From: Basidiobolus meristosporus CBS 931.73
Lineage: Eukaryota; Fungi; Basidiobolomycota
DNA: 64,000 nt
Reading direction: 5' to 3'
Assembly: GCA_002104905.1 (NCBI GenBank)
Contig: MCFE01000413.1
Span: forward strand, 15,611-79,610
Made by a program: the position numbers and the translations under genes. Below, piece after piece: positions 36,472 through 48,064 of this stretch. The notes beneath the pieces are model-generated. The model saw nothing but the letters and a program-made list of their open reading frames with translations. It had not been told where the DNA came from and ran no database searches. How positions within the stretch are numbered: the stretch's first letter is position 1; each line of letters opens with the position of its first letter.

Positions 36472-39400
36472 TGTTGTAAGTATTTGTAATTTCATCTAAA
36501 TATTCAAATAATGTAGTCACTCAGATCATTACTTTCAGATCCCAGAGAATACTGGCCATATTCCTTGTTGGGATTTACTTGAAATACTTTTGCCAAAGTA
36601 TCAGGCACCCAGCAGATGAAGATTCTCAAAGTTGTCCAAATAGCTCCAGACTCTGCACACATGTTCTTGGGACCTTTTAAGCCTATTCTATGCACTTCTT
36701 ATGCCAAGACCATGTAAAATAAAAATACTACTTTTACATTCAATAAGTCATTAAGTGAGAACCACATAATCACGTATCCTCCCAATCACTTCCAATAGCT
36801 CTAAGTCTCTTACCACAGGTTATGACCACAAAGCTCTTACTCTCTGCAATGTTTACTTTTGCTATTACTGAAGCTTTTCCCTCTGCTGAATGGTGGGATG
36901 GATCTAACTACCAAATGTGGAAGGTGAAGATGAAGATGCTGCTGCAAGAAAGAGGCCTTTGTGATATTGACATGAGAGAAAAATACCCTCCCAACAATGT
37001 AGTAGAGGAATCCTTGGAGTATCAGGAGTAAGAACAAGTGCCTTTGATGGCATTTGCCTCAATGGAAAAGAATGTATGGAAGGCATCAGAAGAGCCATAC
37101 TGGTCATCTTCAGCTGCTAAGGGAATGTTTCTTGGATAAAGTTTTTTTCATACAAAGATGCTGCCAGGAGGATAAGAATAAATCTTGATAACACAGTTAC
37201 CTTGCTGGTGTACAAGATGGATTCTATGGGTGTACCAGCCACTGAGATGTATGTGAAAGTAGCCATCCTGAATAGCCTGAGAGACAGGTTTCAGGGCCTT
37301 GTATCAGCCCTAGAGTCCAGAACTGAAGATTTCACCTTAAATTGCATATATAGAAGGCCCCTGGATGAAGAATCAAGTCATTCACGGACCAAATAAGAAG
37401 GAAGAAGAAAATGCTTTAGGCAAGTATAGGGCACTTGATGCAGTGGGAGAAGCAATTATTCAAGTAAATCTTCAAAGCAGTGAAGGAAGCCATACTTTTA
37501 CCTTCCAAGAAGCTCACTCTGGACCAGAAATAGCCAAGAACCTATTATATATTAGGAAGGCTACTGTTTAAGGACTCAGTTTCAGCTTTGACAATTCTGG
37601 ATGCAGAATCACTGATCAATATGGTGCCAATGTTGCCTTGGGTATCAAAAACCAGAATCTTTACAAGTTGACTTATATTCCTTCATACCTGTAAGCCCAT
37701 ATTAGTAGCTTAAATGCCGAAGCATTGATGTTTTGGCGCAGAATACTTGGACACATCAGTTTTAATTATTTTTGCAAAATGATCCAGGATCAATTAGTTT
37801 CCAGAGTACAGTTGATTGTCCAGTTAATTGGGAGCACTATAAAGCCTAGATACATAGAAAACATGCCAGACAACTTTCCAAGAGCTCTGGGCCAATTAAA
37901 ACTGAGAAAAAACTAGATCTAATTCACTCTGATCTGTGTGGCCCTATGCATAAGTTATCCTTAGGTGAAATGAAGTATTGAATCACTTTTATTGATGACT
38001 ATACAAGAAACATGGAGGCCCACTTCATGGAGAAAAATGAAGAAGCTCTGTCTAAGTCTAGGGAGCTTAAAGCCATGGTGGAAAGAGAAACTAGTGAAAA
38101 AATCATGAAAATATGCTGACAGCAGTGGGGAATATACCCCAAAACCCCTCATCCATTACTGCAAAATTCACAGGATAAAGCAAGAAATTAATCAATCATA
38201 CTCCCCATAGTAAAATGAAGTAGCAGAGCAAGTCAAAAGATCAATAATAGATATAGCAAGATCTATGATGCATGATCAAAAATTATCCTATGATATTTTT
38301 GTGGATCCAGTTGCAACAGGTGTATACCATAGAATATGAGTTATAACAGAATATTTTGTGATTCTACTCCATTTGAAGCATGGTATGGATGCACACCAAG
38401 TGCAGGACATCTCAGAATACTTAGGTGTACCACACATGCCCAGATATCAGTCAAACTTTGAGCCAAAAAGTGTAAATGCAATAAAGCATGCAGACTCTGC
38501 AATACCAAGGCAAAGAAGCAAATCAAGTCCAGAGATGTGTTGCTTGATGAAAGTTCAAAATTGCAACATAAAATGACAACAGATGATGACAAAATCTGAT
38601 TCTAAGTCCACCAAATGTCAGGATTAAATCAGAGCAAAACAATGAAAAGTTTTTCACTCCAGAGCACTCTGCAACCATGGTTCATCCTAAAGCAGCACCC
38701 AGGAATATCCCAAAAGTGAATATTCCAGTATCAAATTCCCAGGGATCCAACAGGACAAGAAATAGCCCAAATTATTACATCAGTGAGGGTACAAATTTAG
38801 CCTATGCCTATTTAGTCCATATTGATGAACCCCATACTGTAAAAGAGACCATAGATAGCCCTCAGACAAAGCTTTGGAGATCTGCCATGACTGAGGAATA
38901 TCAGGCCCTGATGGAAAATCAAACTTGGAACTTGGTTGAATTACCAATCAACCAAAAATCAATTGAGTGCAGAGGGGTCTTTTAGACAAAATACTAGGCT
39001 GATGGTACAACTGAAAGATTCAAAGCAAGACTTGTGGCCAAAGAATACTCTCAAACAGAAGGACTTGACTATACTGAGGCCTTTGTACTGGTAGCCAAGT
39101 TTAATTCCATCAGATTAATGTTGGCTATTGTGGCCAAATATAAGTTTTTTATTTATCAAATGGATATAAAAACTGCATTTTTGAATGGAAAACTAGATGA
39201 GTACATGTATATGGACCAGCCTGATGGATTTGCTGACCAAGATTACCCCCATTGTCTGCAAGCTTGAAAAGTCTCTATATGGACTCAAACAATGACCACT
39301 AGCCTGGAATTGCAAAATAGATTCTTATTTGAAATCTTTGAGTCTCAAAGGAGTAATGCTGACTATAGTTTTTACTATAAGCTAGATAGAGCAAGTCCAG

Positions 39401-40756
39401 TTCTATTAGCTCTTGATGTGAATGATCCTATTATAGCCACCAATAACCTAGAAACACTGGAAAAGACTAAATCCAGCCAATCTAAAGAGTTTGAGATGTC
39501 CAATCTAGGAGAAGTTGGTTGCTACTTAGGGATAGAGTTCTCCATAAATAGTAGTACCCAAACTATCACCCTAAGCCAATCCAAGTATATTTGAGATATA
39601 CTGAAGAAGTACCAGATGGCAGACTGTAAACCAGCAGCTACCCCAATGGAGACAAACCTTAACTTGGTCAAAGCTCAACCAAATCAAGTGGGCTTGGTGT
39701 TGTCTGAAAGCCCTGAGTTTTCTAATAAATCTATGGTCAGCAGACTGATGTATATCATGCTTGGAACATGTCCAGATATCTCATATTCAGAGTGAGTTGT
39801 CAGCCAGCAAAATCAGAACTATGGATTTGATCTTATTGTAGCAGTTAAGTGTATTTTTAAATACCTAAGAGAAACTGCTGATATCTGCTTAGGGTACACC
39901 TATAAGGATTCAGAACAAGATCTTGCAGGATACTCTGATGCTGATTGGGGACAAAATTTAGAAGATGGAAGATCCACCACTGGATACACCTTTCTTTACC
40001 CTGAAAGAGCAATTTCATGGAATTCAAGGGAGCAACCAACTGTAGCACTTTCTACCACAGAGACAGAGTAATATGACAGTCTGTGAAGCTACAAAAGAAG
40101 CAATGTGGTTAAGGAAGCTTTTTAGAGAATTAGGCTTATGTTAAAAAATGCTTATTACTTTATTTCAAGATGAACAAGGATGTATATAGTTAGGTAGAAA
40201 TCCAACTTTTCATGCTAGAACTAAGCACATATATATTATACACCATTTCATATGTGAAGCTATAGAGGATAACCTGTTTGACTTAGCTTACTGTCCCACA
40301 GATGAAATGATTGCAGGTATACTCAGCAAACCATTAGCTAGAGACAAGTTTGAATATCATAGGTCAAAATTAGGACTAGTCAGTATGAACATTTAGTTGA
40401 GTGGCTGTGTTGTAAGAGCTTGCAATTTCACCTAAATATTCAGCTAGCCTAGTCACTTAGATCATTACCTTCAGATCCTAGAGAATACTGACCAAATCCC
40501 TGGTTGGGATTCATTCAGAATATATTCACCAAAATATCAGGTACCCAGAGCATGAAAATTCACCTAGTTGTCCAAACACCCCCAGGCTTTGCAAGCATGT
40601 ACTTGGGACATTCCTAAACCAATACTGCATGTTTGTTATGCCAAGACCATGTAAAAGTATAAATACTAATTTTACACTCAATAAATCATTAAGTGAAAAC
40701 CACATAGTCTGACAGTCCTCCTAATCACCTCCAATTTCTCCAAGTCTCTTACAGCA
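36472..40756 (+). mobile_element. Full-length degenerate Copia (family C)
   Basis: LTRs 36472-36817 and 40408-40756; PBS GGTTATGACCAC; gag-IN-RT-RH remnants (IHSDLCGP, QMDIKTAFLNG, YSDADWG); TSD AGTTT at 36467-36471 and 40757-40761. Confidence 0.93.
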
Positions 40757-40761
40757 AGTTT

Positions 40762-41501
40762 GAAGTCTCATTTACAGTTCTGTGCTCTACAGCTGCTACA
40801 AGGCCCTGAGACTCATCTTTCAGGCAATTTTGCAGGGCATCAATGATTTTTATATCATCTCCTTGCACTTCAGCTGATTTAATCTTGTCAAGCTGGATAG
40901 TAACTCTGCTAACCAGATTTTGCATCACTTTGCCTGCCAGTACTTAGTAGTGAGGAGTTCCTGCTTCAGATATACTTTGAGAGGGCACTCATCTCCAATG
41001 ATGACATCAGCAAGGCTATTTTCTTGCAGCATTGACTTCATCTTTGTCTTCCCCATAGGGTAGTTAGATCCATCCATGTTCTCAGTGGGTAGGAAAATTC
41101 CAGAAATGGTAGTAATGGACATCTCAGCAAGTGACAGCTTAATTCTCATAACTTGTTGTGGGAGTTTTGAAGTTACTGGAAGTGACCAGGAGCACAAACT
41201 CTTTATATTGCTTTCACTCAATTGTTTATTGAATGGGAAGTAGTGTTTGTGATTTTACATGATGGTGGTGGGACAACCATTTGGAGCTTACCCACAATGG
41301 ACCCATGAGCACCTGTTCAAGAGTTTGAGGTAGCTTGGACAGCACTGAGACTTCATCCTGTCCTGGCCATGTGATATATTGGTGGGATATTCTATGAAAA
41401 TTCCAACAAAGAGTTTGGGCAGAATTCTCAATGATTTGTAGTCTATTTTCCAAGTGACTAAGTTGGGTGAATATTTGGGTGTGAGTACAGCATCTACAAC
41501 A
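40762..41501 (-). mobile_element. Older Copia gag and 5' LTR (41154-41501), the target of the 36472-40756 insertion; continues at 36141-36471
   Basis: MDGSNYPMGKTKMKSMLQE gag start; PBS-like GTTATGAG next to a TGTTG...CAACA LTR. Confidence 0.65.
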
Positions 41502-41779
41502 TGTATCTCATATACAATGATGGAAATGTGGAGAGATGGATACTTGCTGGATGCAGGCCTGGTTGGGGTGGTTTGAGAGATTTTGAGAGGTTTGGTCACC
41601 ACTGGCATTTCCACTGCCACCAAAAATTGCAGAGTGTCATTATGGAAGCACATGATGCTGGTCATTATCAAGCACACATCAGAGTAAAATCACCCATCAT
41701 AGGAACAAACAAGATGTAGTCTAAAATGATACCATGCAGGATAGTGAGGATATGTGGCTTAGTCACTTACAGACCATGT

Positions 41780-42317
41780 CACCGGCGGGGATGCCATAGC
41801 AATACATTTGGAATCCATGGGGGAGGGGTGTGACATCGAAGTGCCCTGCGTGCTCTAACAGGAGGTGGGTAGACCAAGCCAGCTGATGCATGTGGGCGGG
41901 TCTGGGGATGACAGGGCTGGGGAGCGTGCAAGAGTGGAGCTAACCGCAGACCCTGGCCGGCAACCCAAATCGGGGGTCTATCCAGATGGAGGCCGGATTG
42001 CGGAAGGGCCGAGATCGTGATCACGATCGCGACCTTGATCTTGACCATTCTAAGGTGAACCGTAGGCTACGGATTAGTCAGGGATTTGAGTTGTCAGGAG
42101 TGAGGTTCGTGGGCCACTTATCGGCCACATCCCTCTCCCACCAATTCCCTCCCTAATCAACCAGGCTCCAAGAGGATTCCCCACCGCCTTCTCTTTTCGC
42201 CCTACACGCTTAGTTTGTACATTACCTAATCCACGCCAAGCGGTGACGATTCCCCCTACCTCTTCCATCTTGGTCTTAACGTAGCTTGTCAGTTCTCCAC
42301 CACCTCACACATACACT

Positions 42318-42349
<32 letters not shown>

Positions 42350-42400
42350 AACACAAACACACAAACCCCTTCTACCCCCGCCTAACCATATTCCCTTGCG
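41780..42400. promoter_or_regulatory. CpG-rich upstream region (CpG-island-like promoter) of the host gene
   Basis: CpG dinucleotides reappear abruptly at about 41783 after tens of kb with very few. Promoter function is inferred from position. Confidence 0.55.
42301..42366. repeat. Imperfect (CA)n microsatellite
   Basis: CACCTCACACATACACTTACACATACACATACACATACACACACACACAAACACAAACACACAAAC, about 35 bp upstream of the ATG. Confidence 0.9.
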
Positions 42401-45400
42401 ATGGACCTAGACCTATCGGCGTTCAAGTCCTTGGTCATCCACGACTCCGCTGCGGAAGAGCGGGTCCAGGTGAACCAACGCCATCTGATCGACAAGATCC
42501 TGGCCAGATACTCGGCCCCGTTCACCATCTATCGGGAGTTACTTCAGAACGCCAATGATGCCGGGGCGACGGAGGCGAAGATCCACTTCCGGACCAAAAC
42601 CCCCGACGACGCCCAGTCGAACCCCAACCCTAACCCCAACCCCAAACCAAAACCCTTCACCAAGGAGTTCTTCCGAACTAACTCCTCCGAGCCGAAGGAG
42701 AGCAACCCCACCTCCTTCGACCCGAACGCCTCCTGCCACACCGTGCTCTTCCAGAACAACGGTCGCCCCTTCCAGCCGGAGGACTGGAACCGACTGAAGA
42801 AGATCGCGGAGGGGAACCCGGACGAGCAGAAGATCGGGTTCTTCGGGGTGGGCTTCTACAGTCTGTTCTCCATCTGCGAGGAGCCGTTCGTGGTGTCGGA
42901 CCAGGAGTGCATGGCGTTCTTCTGGAAGGGAGACCAGTTGTACACGAAGCGGCTGGCGGTCCCGGAGCCCATGAGGCAGCTCGGTGGGTGGACCACGTTC
43001 TCGTTGGACCTCCGGGAGCCGGTGACCGTGCCGGAGGTCGAGGAGTTCGGCCGGTTCCTGGCGTGCTCGATCGCGTTCACCCAGAACCTGCGCTCGGTGT
43101 CGCTGTACCTGGACGACCAGCTGCTGGTGAAGGTGAGCAAGAAGGTGTCGGAGCCGAACCCGCTCTCCTGCACCCACCCCACCGGACAGCGCCTCACGAA
43201 CGAGGCTTGCCAGTCGCTGCACACCCGGTCGCCCCACGGGGTGTTCCAGCTGAGCGCGGTGTACGGGCTCCAGGTGCAAATCGACGCCGAGTACCTCAAG
43301 TGCACCAAGACCAGCGGGATGTTCTGGAGTTCGGGGCCGAAATTCAGCCGCATCAGCTCCACCCTCTTCCTCAAGATCGCCCAGGCCCACCTGACCACCC
43401 ACGTCACGCCCGCGTTCGCGGACCAGATGGAGAGGACGACGAAGAAGTCCCCGCCCAAGACCACCCTCGTCCAGATGATCTACACCGGGCTCGAGGAGTA
43501 CGAGGCGTCGATCAGCGTGCACCAGGACTTCCCCATCTTCCGGGACCTGCTCCCGTACCCCCACCAGGGGAAGGTGTTCATCGGGTTCCCCACCCACCAG
43601 ACCACCGGGTGCTCCGTCCATCTCGCCGCCCACCTGATCCCCACCGTGGAGCGGGAGTCGATCGACTTCGTGGACCCCCACCTCGCCCGCTGGAACCAGG
43701 AGATGCTCAGCATGTGCGCGCTGCTGGCCCGGGTCCTCTACGACGAGGAGATCGCCGACATCTCCCAGCGGTACCTCCGCCTCGTGGACGGCCCCAAGCC
43801 CAAAGAGGGCAGCCCCAGCGGGGAGCCGGATCCGGCGATGACGTGGCTCGAGCGACGCTGCATCCACGCCATGACCTCCTTCTGCTTCCACCCGGCCACG
43901 CCGATCAAGACGGTGGGGAAGCTGATGGAGAAGTGTTTCTTCGCCAGCGGGAAGGTCCCCCCGGGACTCCTCTCCTCGTGCGGCGTGAAGCCGTGTGACC
44001 AGGTGCGGCTCCCGGACCCGGAGCTCGTCCCCTTCCTTCGCACGACCCCCTACCTTCCGTCCAAGATTCAGAAAGAGGCTGGCGAGATGCTGAGCAGCCT
44101 GCAGGAGCGCTACCACCTGGTCAAGGTTGGCCTCCCCGATCTGATCCGGGACGTGAGTGGATATGCGATCACGGTAGATCAGGCGGTAGCTCTCCTACGC
44201 TGGTGGCTCGGGTTCAAGGAATCCCAAGGTCGCGGCCACCTTCCCCCGGAGCATGGGCAGCAGTTGTTGCGGGCCATCACCCTTCTGAACCCGTTGCCCA
44301 GCTTCTCGCTGGGCAGCCCGGAGATCGGGGCCAAGGACGCGGTCGGGCCCACCATGCCGGTCGCGTTGGCGGAGTTCCGCTACTTCCTGAACCCCAAGGT
44401 GGTCCACCAGGGTCTGCCGGTCCCCCAGGAGACCCTCCCGTTCGAACTCACCCGGCATTTCAACCAGCGGGAGCTGCGAGAGGCGTTCGGCACGTGGAAG
44501 GAGCTGACGCTCGCCATCTGGACGGAGCACGTCGTGCAGCAACACCGCTCGGAGCTCACCACCTCCCCGGTCTTCTCCGAGAAGATCCACCATGTGCTCT
44601 ACCGTGGGTTCTACCAGCAATCGCCGAACGACCGGGCCCTGATGCTTAGCCTGCTGGAGGGGGTGGCGTGCATCCCCACCCAGCTAGGCCAGCGCCTCCC
44701 CAAGGAGACCTACTTCAAGAACGTGAAACTCTTCTCCGACCTGCCCATCGTCCAGCTGGCCAAGTTCCCGAGCGGCATGGAGCGATTCCTCGGGGACCTA
44801 GGCGTGCGCACCCACGTGGACCTGCAGCTGGTCTTCGACCGTCTGGAGCATCTCAACTGGGACTTCATGAAGCTTCTCAAATACCTCGCCTCCGTGAAAT
44901 CCCAGCTCTCGGAGGCGGAGATGGAGAAGCTGAGCCAGACCCCGCTCTTCCCCGCCCGGAGCCTCATCCGGCCAAAGCCCCACCAAAGCACCGAGCGCCA
45001 AGAGCCAGGAGCCCAGCCCGCCGCCGGCTCGATTCAAGGCCAGCGAGCTGTACGCCCCGGTCGAACCCCTGTCCAACCTTGGGCTACCGGTGATCGCGTG
45101 GCCCGACAAGTGGCGCGACTCGTCGGAGGAGGCGAAGTTCCTTCAGAGGTTGGGTCTGAGAACCAACCCGCCGCTGGACAGGCTCATGCTGATCGCGGCA
45201 ACCGCGGAATCCCCGGAAACCCGGATGAATGCGTTGAGATTCTTCATCGAGCACTTGCCTCCCACTACCAGTGGGTGTACCGTCGGGAGGAGATCCAGAT
45301 CCCCTTGATTCCCTGCACCCGCCTTAGCCCCCGGCCGGGGACTGGGGACTCGATGGCGAAGGGGGCCACCCTGGGCGATCAGTTCACGAAGACGGAGGCG

Positions 45401-48064
45401 ATGGCGAAACCTACGGAATGCTACGCCAACCCCGCCTCCGAGGTGATGGGATTCAAGATAGTGCATCCGGAGCTGCGACGGGACGCGGAGAAATTCGGGA
45501 TCCTGGAGCAGCCACCGGTGGCCGCGCTCATCACCTTCCTGCAGGCAAGCCCGCCCGGACATCCGACCTACGGCAGATGGGTGTTCGAGTACCTGGCCAG
45601 CCGACAGGCGGACTTTACCTCGGCCGATTGGGAGAAGCTTCGGTTCCTAAAGTTCATCCCTGTCCAGAGCAGCAACGAGACCCCGGTTTACTGGATGGCC
45701 CCGGGCGAATGCTATTTCATCAACGACACGGTCGACTTCAAGTACGACTTCTTCACCTACATCCACTTCGGCCCGATCGCCAACCTGTTCCTGAAAGCGT
45801 GCGGCGTCCAAGAGGAGCCATCCCCAGTCGACCTGGCCCGCATCATCACGAAAGACCCTCCGAAGTTCCTCGAGGCCTGTCAGCGAAACCCGGCCCACAC
45901 CTCGGGCCAAGCCTCTCGTGACCACGGATACGAGCATTACCTGCAAGTGCTGCGACAGTTGGCCATCCAGATGCCGACGTTGTCCCGGCACTCTGACATC
46001 ATGAGGGCCATGAGGAGTCGACCCTTCCTGATCGCGGTCCGGGAGAAAGGCGGCCAGTCGATGGCGGAGAAGAAGAGCGACCAACACCCGATGGACGTAT
46101 CGGAAGCCTCGGTGCTGGAGTATCGCCTAGAATCCCCGGGCAACATCTGTCTGGTGGACGACACGGTCCTCCAGAAGACATTCAACCCGTGGTACGCGCC
46201 GATGGAGACGTTACTGGAGACGTTCTACGAGCAGCTGGGCAGCACCTGGATATCGAAGCAAGTGACCGAGTCTTCCCGGCCAACGGGGGCGATCACCCAG
46301 AGTGGCCGATCCCAAGCTTTGCAGAATCTGATCCGAGAGCGTGCCCCGCTGCTGATCTACGACTACCAACGAGAACAGTCCACGAAAGTGCTCCGCTCCA
46401 GCGAGTGGTTGGCCACGAAACTGCGGGTGCTTGAGGTGGATCAGATCCACATCCACCGCAAGTTCCTCCCCACCCACCAGGTCCACACCGAAGCCACTAC
46501 CGCCTGCTTGGAGCGGGGGCTACGCGGGGTGGACGCGCCGAGGGACGCCGTGTTCCTCCTGATCTCCCGTCAGGACTACAACGAGTTCGACATTGCCACC
46601 TGTCTATGCAAGATCCTTTTCTCCAAATCCCGGCTGAACGACGCGCTGCTACTCGAGACCCTACTCTCCACCAGCTTGCAGCACCTGAAGCGCAAAGGTT
46701 TCCCTGTCGATCGAATCCTCAACCACCAGAAGGCGGTGACCCCGGCGGCAACGCCGAAACCCGTTGAGCCCGCTCCACCCCGGTCCTCCACCCCGCCGAA
46801 GGGATCACCGGCCAGTGACCAGCCACCACCTTACGAGCCCAAGGGCCCGACGCAACCCGCACCGCTACCCGCCCACCTGAATCCCTACTTCAGCCAGCTT
46901 CAAGCCATGTTCCCGGATTGCGATCCGAATTACCTGAAGTCCTGCCTGTTGGAGGAGAAACGGGATCACGTTGCCCGAGTGAGCAACCGGCTGCTGGACG
47001 ACACGTACCCTCGCCTCCCCAACCACACCACGCAGAAGGAACGAACAGCCGTGGGTGGCAAGCAGCCCGCTCCCCAGCCACCGGCCACCACACCGCCCAC
47101 CCCCGTCCCCACCTCGTCAAATCTGATGGACAGGCTTAGCCGTCGCTTCCAGAGCGGGATCAACGATTGGTACAAGAGCTACGACAAGCCATCCGGCCCG
47201 TCCACCACGACGATCGACGATTCCGAGAGCAAGCATCAGCCGATCCCTGGTGGGTTCCCCAGCCTTCCCCGACCTCCCAAGAGCCAGAGCCAGAGCTCGA
47301 GCTCGAGCCCGAACCCGAGCCAGCCCGGCGGGGAGCCGGTGAACACGGTCGGACCCGACCACACGGAGCTGCTGCAACGATCGCTGAAATCCTCGGTGGA
47401 TTCGTGTGTTCGTAACGTCAACGCCTTCGACGGTCGCGAGCCGGAGAAGGCGGCCACCCCACCCCCGCCGAAGGACTACACCGGGGAGGCCCACCACCAT
47501 TACTGCAGCGTGATCCCACCGCAGAAACTCGCTCATTGCGCGCGAATCGGTCAGTTCGACCTCTACCTTGAGACCGGGATGGCCTCCAGCGAGTTGTTCG
47601 CGTGCGATCTGGCCGGGCAAAGCGTCCCCTTGGTGCAGTTCGATCGGCTGACCGGCTCACTCACCGCCCCCGACGGTAGCACCATGGCGCCGGGAAGTAA
47701 TCTGCACTCGCTGCACCTGATGGGCCACACGTTGACCACTCTAGTCCAGGTGTTCCAGCTGAACCCCGCTTCGGTGCACCTCTACTACGACCGGGAGGGG
47801 CCCACCGTAGCATTCAATCGGGGCCGCTCGCTCTTCTTCAACCTACGGTACTTCCTGCTCCTCCATCACCCCCGGATGGCGGTGTCCCCGACGGAGGCGG
47901 CCGACGTTCACTTCTACTGGTTCATGGTCGCCTGCCACGAGCTCGCCCACAACTTCGTCTCCGATCACAACGCTCAGCACGAGTTCTACCTGTCGTCGTT
48001 TGCGGAGCAGTATCTCGGCCCCTTGGTCCGCTCCCTCCTCCGAATGGGAAAGGTGAGCGCGTGA
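42401..48064 (+). CDS. Sacsin-like GHKL ATPase / DUF3684-like protein with CUE-like segment and C-terminal HExxH motif (about 1887 aa); two compensating frameshifts at about 44955 and 45257
   Basis: ELLQNANDA, NNGRPF and KIGFFGVGFYSLF (GHKL boxes of the sacsin/Nov type); QLQAMFPDCDPNYL (CUE-like); CHELAHN; strong GC3 bias. The DUF3684 assignment is from memory of this fungal family. Confidence 0.9.
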   Translation: MDLDLSAFKSLVIHDSAAEERVQVNQRHLIDKILARYSAPFTIYRELLQNANDAGATEAKIHFRTKTPDDAQSNPNPNPNPKPKPFTKEFFRTNSSEPKESNPTSFDPNASCHTVLFQNNGRPFQPEDWNRLKKIAEGNPDEQKIGFFGVGFYSLFSICEEPFVVSDQECMAFFWKGDQLYTKRLAVPEPMRQLGGWTTFSLDLREPVTVPEVEEFGRFLACSIAFTQNLRSVSLYLDDQLLVKVSKKVSEPNPLSCTHPTGQRLTNEACQSLHTRSPHGVFQLSAVYGLQVQIDAEYLKCTKTSGMFWSSGPKFSRISSTLFLKIAQAHLTTHVTPAFADQMERTTKKSPPKTTLVQMIYTGLEEYEASISVHQDFPIFRDLLPYPHQGKVFIGFPTHQTTGCSVHLAAHLIPTVERESIDFVDPHLARWNQEMLSMCALLARVLYDEEIADISQRYLRLVDGPKPKEGSPSGEPDPAMTWLERRCIHAMTSFCFHPATPIKTVGKLMEKCFFASGKVPPGLLSSCGVKPCDQVRLPDPELVPFLRTTPYLPSKIQKEAGEMLSSLQERYHLVKVGLPDLIRDVSGYAITVDQAVALLRWWLGFKESQGRGHLPPEHGQQLLRAITLLNPLPSFSLGSPEIGAKDAVGPTMPVALAEFRYFLNPKVVHQGLPVPQETLPFELTRHFNQRELREAFGTWKELTLAIWTEHVVQQHRSELTTSPVFSEKIHHVLYRGFYQQSPNDRALMLSLLEGVACIPTQLGQRLPKETYFKNVKLFSDLPIVQLAKFPSGMERFLGDLGVRTHVDLQLVFDRLEHLNWDFMKLLKYLASVKSQLSEAEMEKLSQTPLFPARSLIRPKPHQSTERQEPGAQPAAGSIQGQRAVRPGRTPVQPWATGDRVARQVARLVGGGEVPSEVGSENQPAAGQAHADRGNRGIPGNPDECVEILHRALASHYQWVYRREEIQIPLIPCTRLSPRPGTGDSMAKGATLGDQFTKTEAMAKPTECYANPASEVMGFKIVHPELRRDAEKFGILEQPPVAALITFLQASPPGHPTYGRWVFEYLASRQADFTSADWEKLRFLKFIPVQSSNETPVYWMAPGECYFINDTVDFKYDFFTYIHFGPIANLFLKACGVQEEPSPVDLARIITKDPPKFLEACQRNPAHTSGQASRDHGYEHYLQVLRQLAIQMPTLSRHSDIMRAMRSRPFLIAVREKGGQSMAEKKSDQHPMDVSEASVLEYRLESPGNICLVDDTVLQKTFNPWYAPMETLLETFYEQLGSTWISKQVTESSRPTGAITQSGRSQALQNLIRERAPLLIYDYQREQSTKVLRSSEWLATKLRVLEVDQIHIHRKFLPTHQVHTEATTACLERGLRGVDAPRDAVFLLISRQDYNEFDIATCLCKILFSKSRLNDALLLETLLSTSLQHLKRKGFPVDRILNHQKAVTPAATPKPVEPAPPRSSTPPKGSPASDQPPPYEPKGPTQPAPLPAHLNPYFSQLQAMFPDCDPNYLKSCLLEEKRDHVARVSNRLLDDTYPRLPNHTTQKERTAVGGKQPAPQPPATTPPTPVPTSSNLMDRLSRRFQSGINDWYKSYDKPSGPSTTTIDDSESKHQPIPGGFPSLPRPPKSQSQSSSSSPNPSQPGGEPVNTVGPDHTELLQRSLKSSVDSCVRNVNAFDGREPEKAATPPPPKDYTGEAHHHYCSVIPPQKLAHCARIGQFDLYLETGMASSELFACDLAGQSVPLVQFDRLTGSLTAPDGSTMAPGSNLHSLHLMGHTLTTLVQVFQLNPASVHLYYDREGPTVAFNRGRSLFFNLRYFLLLHHPRMAVSPTEAADVHFYWFMVACHELAHNFVSDHNAQHEFYLSSFAEQYLGPLVRSLLRMGKVSA

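Noticed and set aside
1-41770. Ascomycete-type RIP as the cause of TE decay
   Set aside because: CpA and TpG are plentiful and paired comparisons show CG>TG/CA changes, not CpA>TpA. A CpG-directed RIP-like process cannot be excluded.
42539-44116. 525-aa antisense ORF and many other overlapping ORFs within the GC-rich gene
   Set aside because: Shadow ORFs expected from high GC3 codon bias; no recognisable motifs. The exception is the +1 frame at 44955-45257, reported as a finding.
44890-45270. Introns as the explanation for the frame switch
   Set aside because: No GT donor between 44896 and 45049, where the first shift must occur, and the second shift needs a 1-nt gain with coding sequence continuous on both sides.
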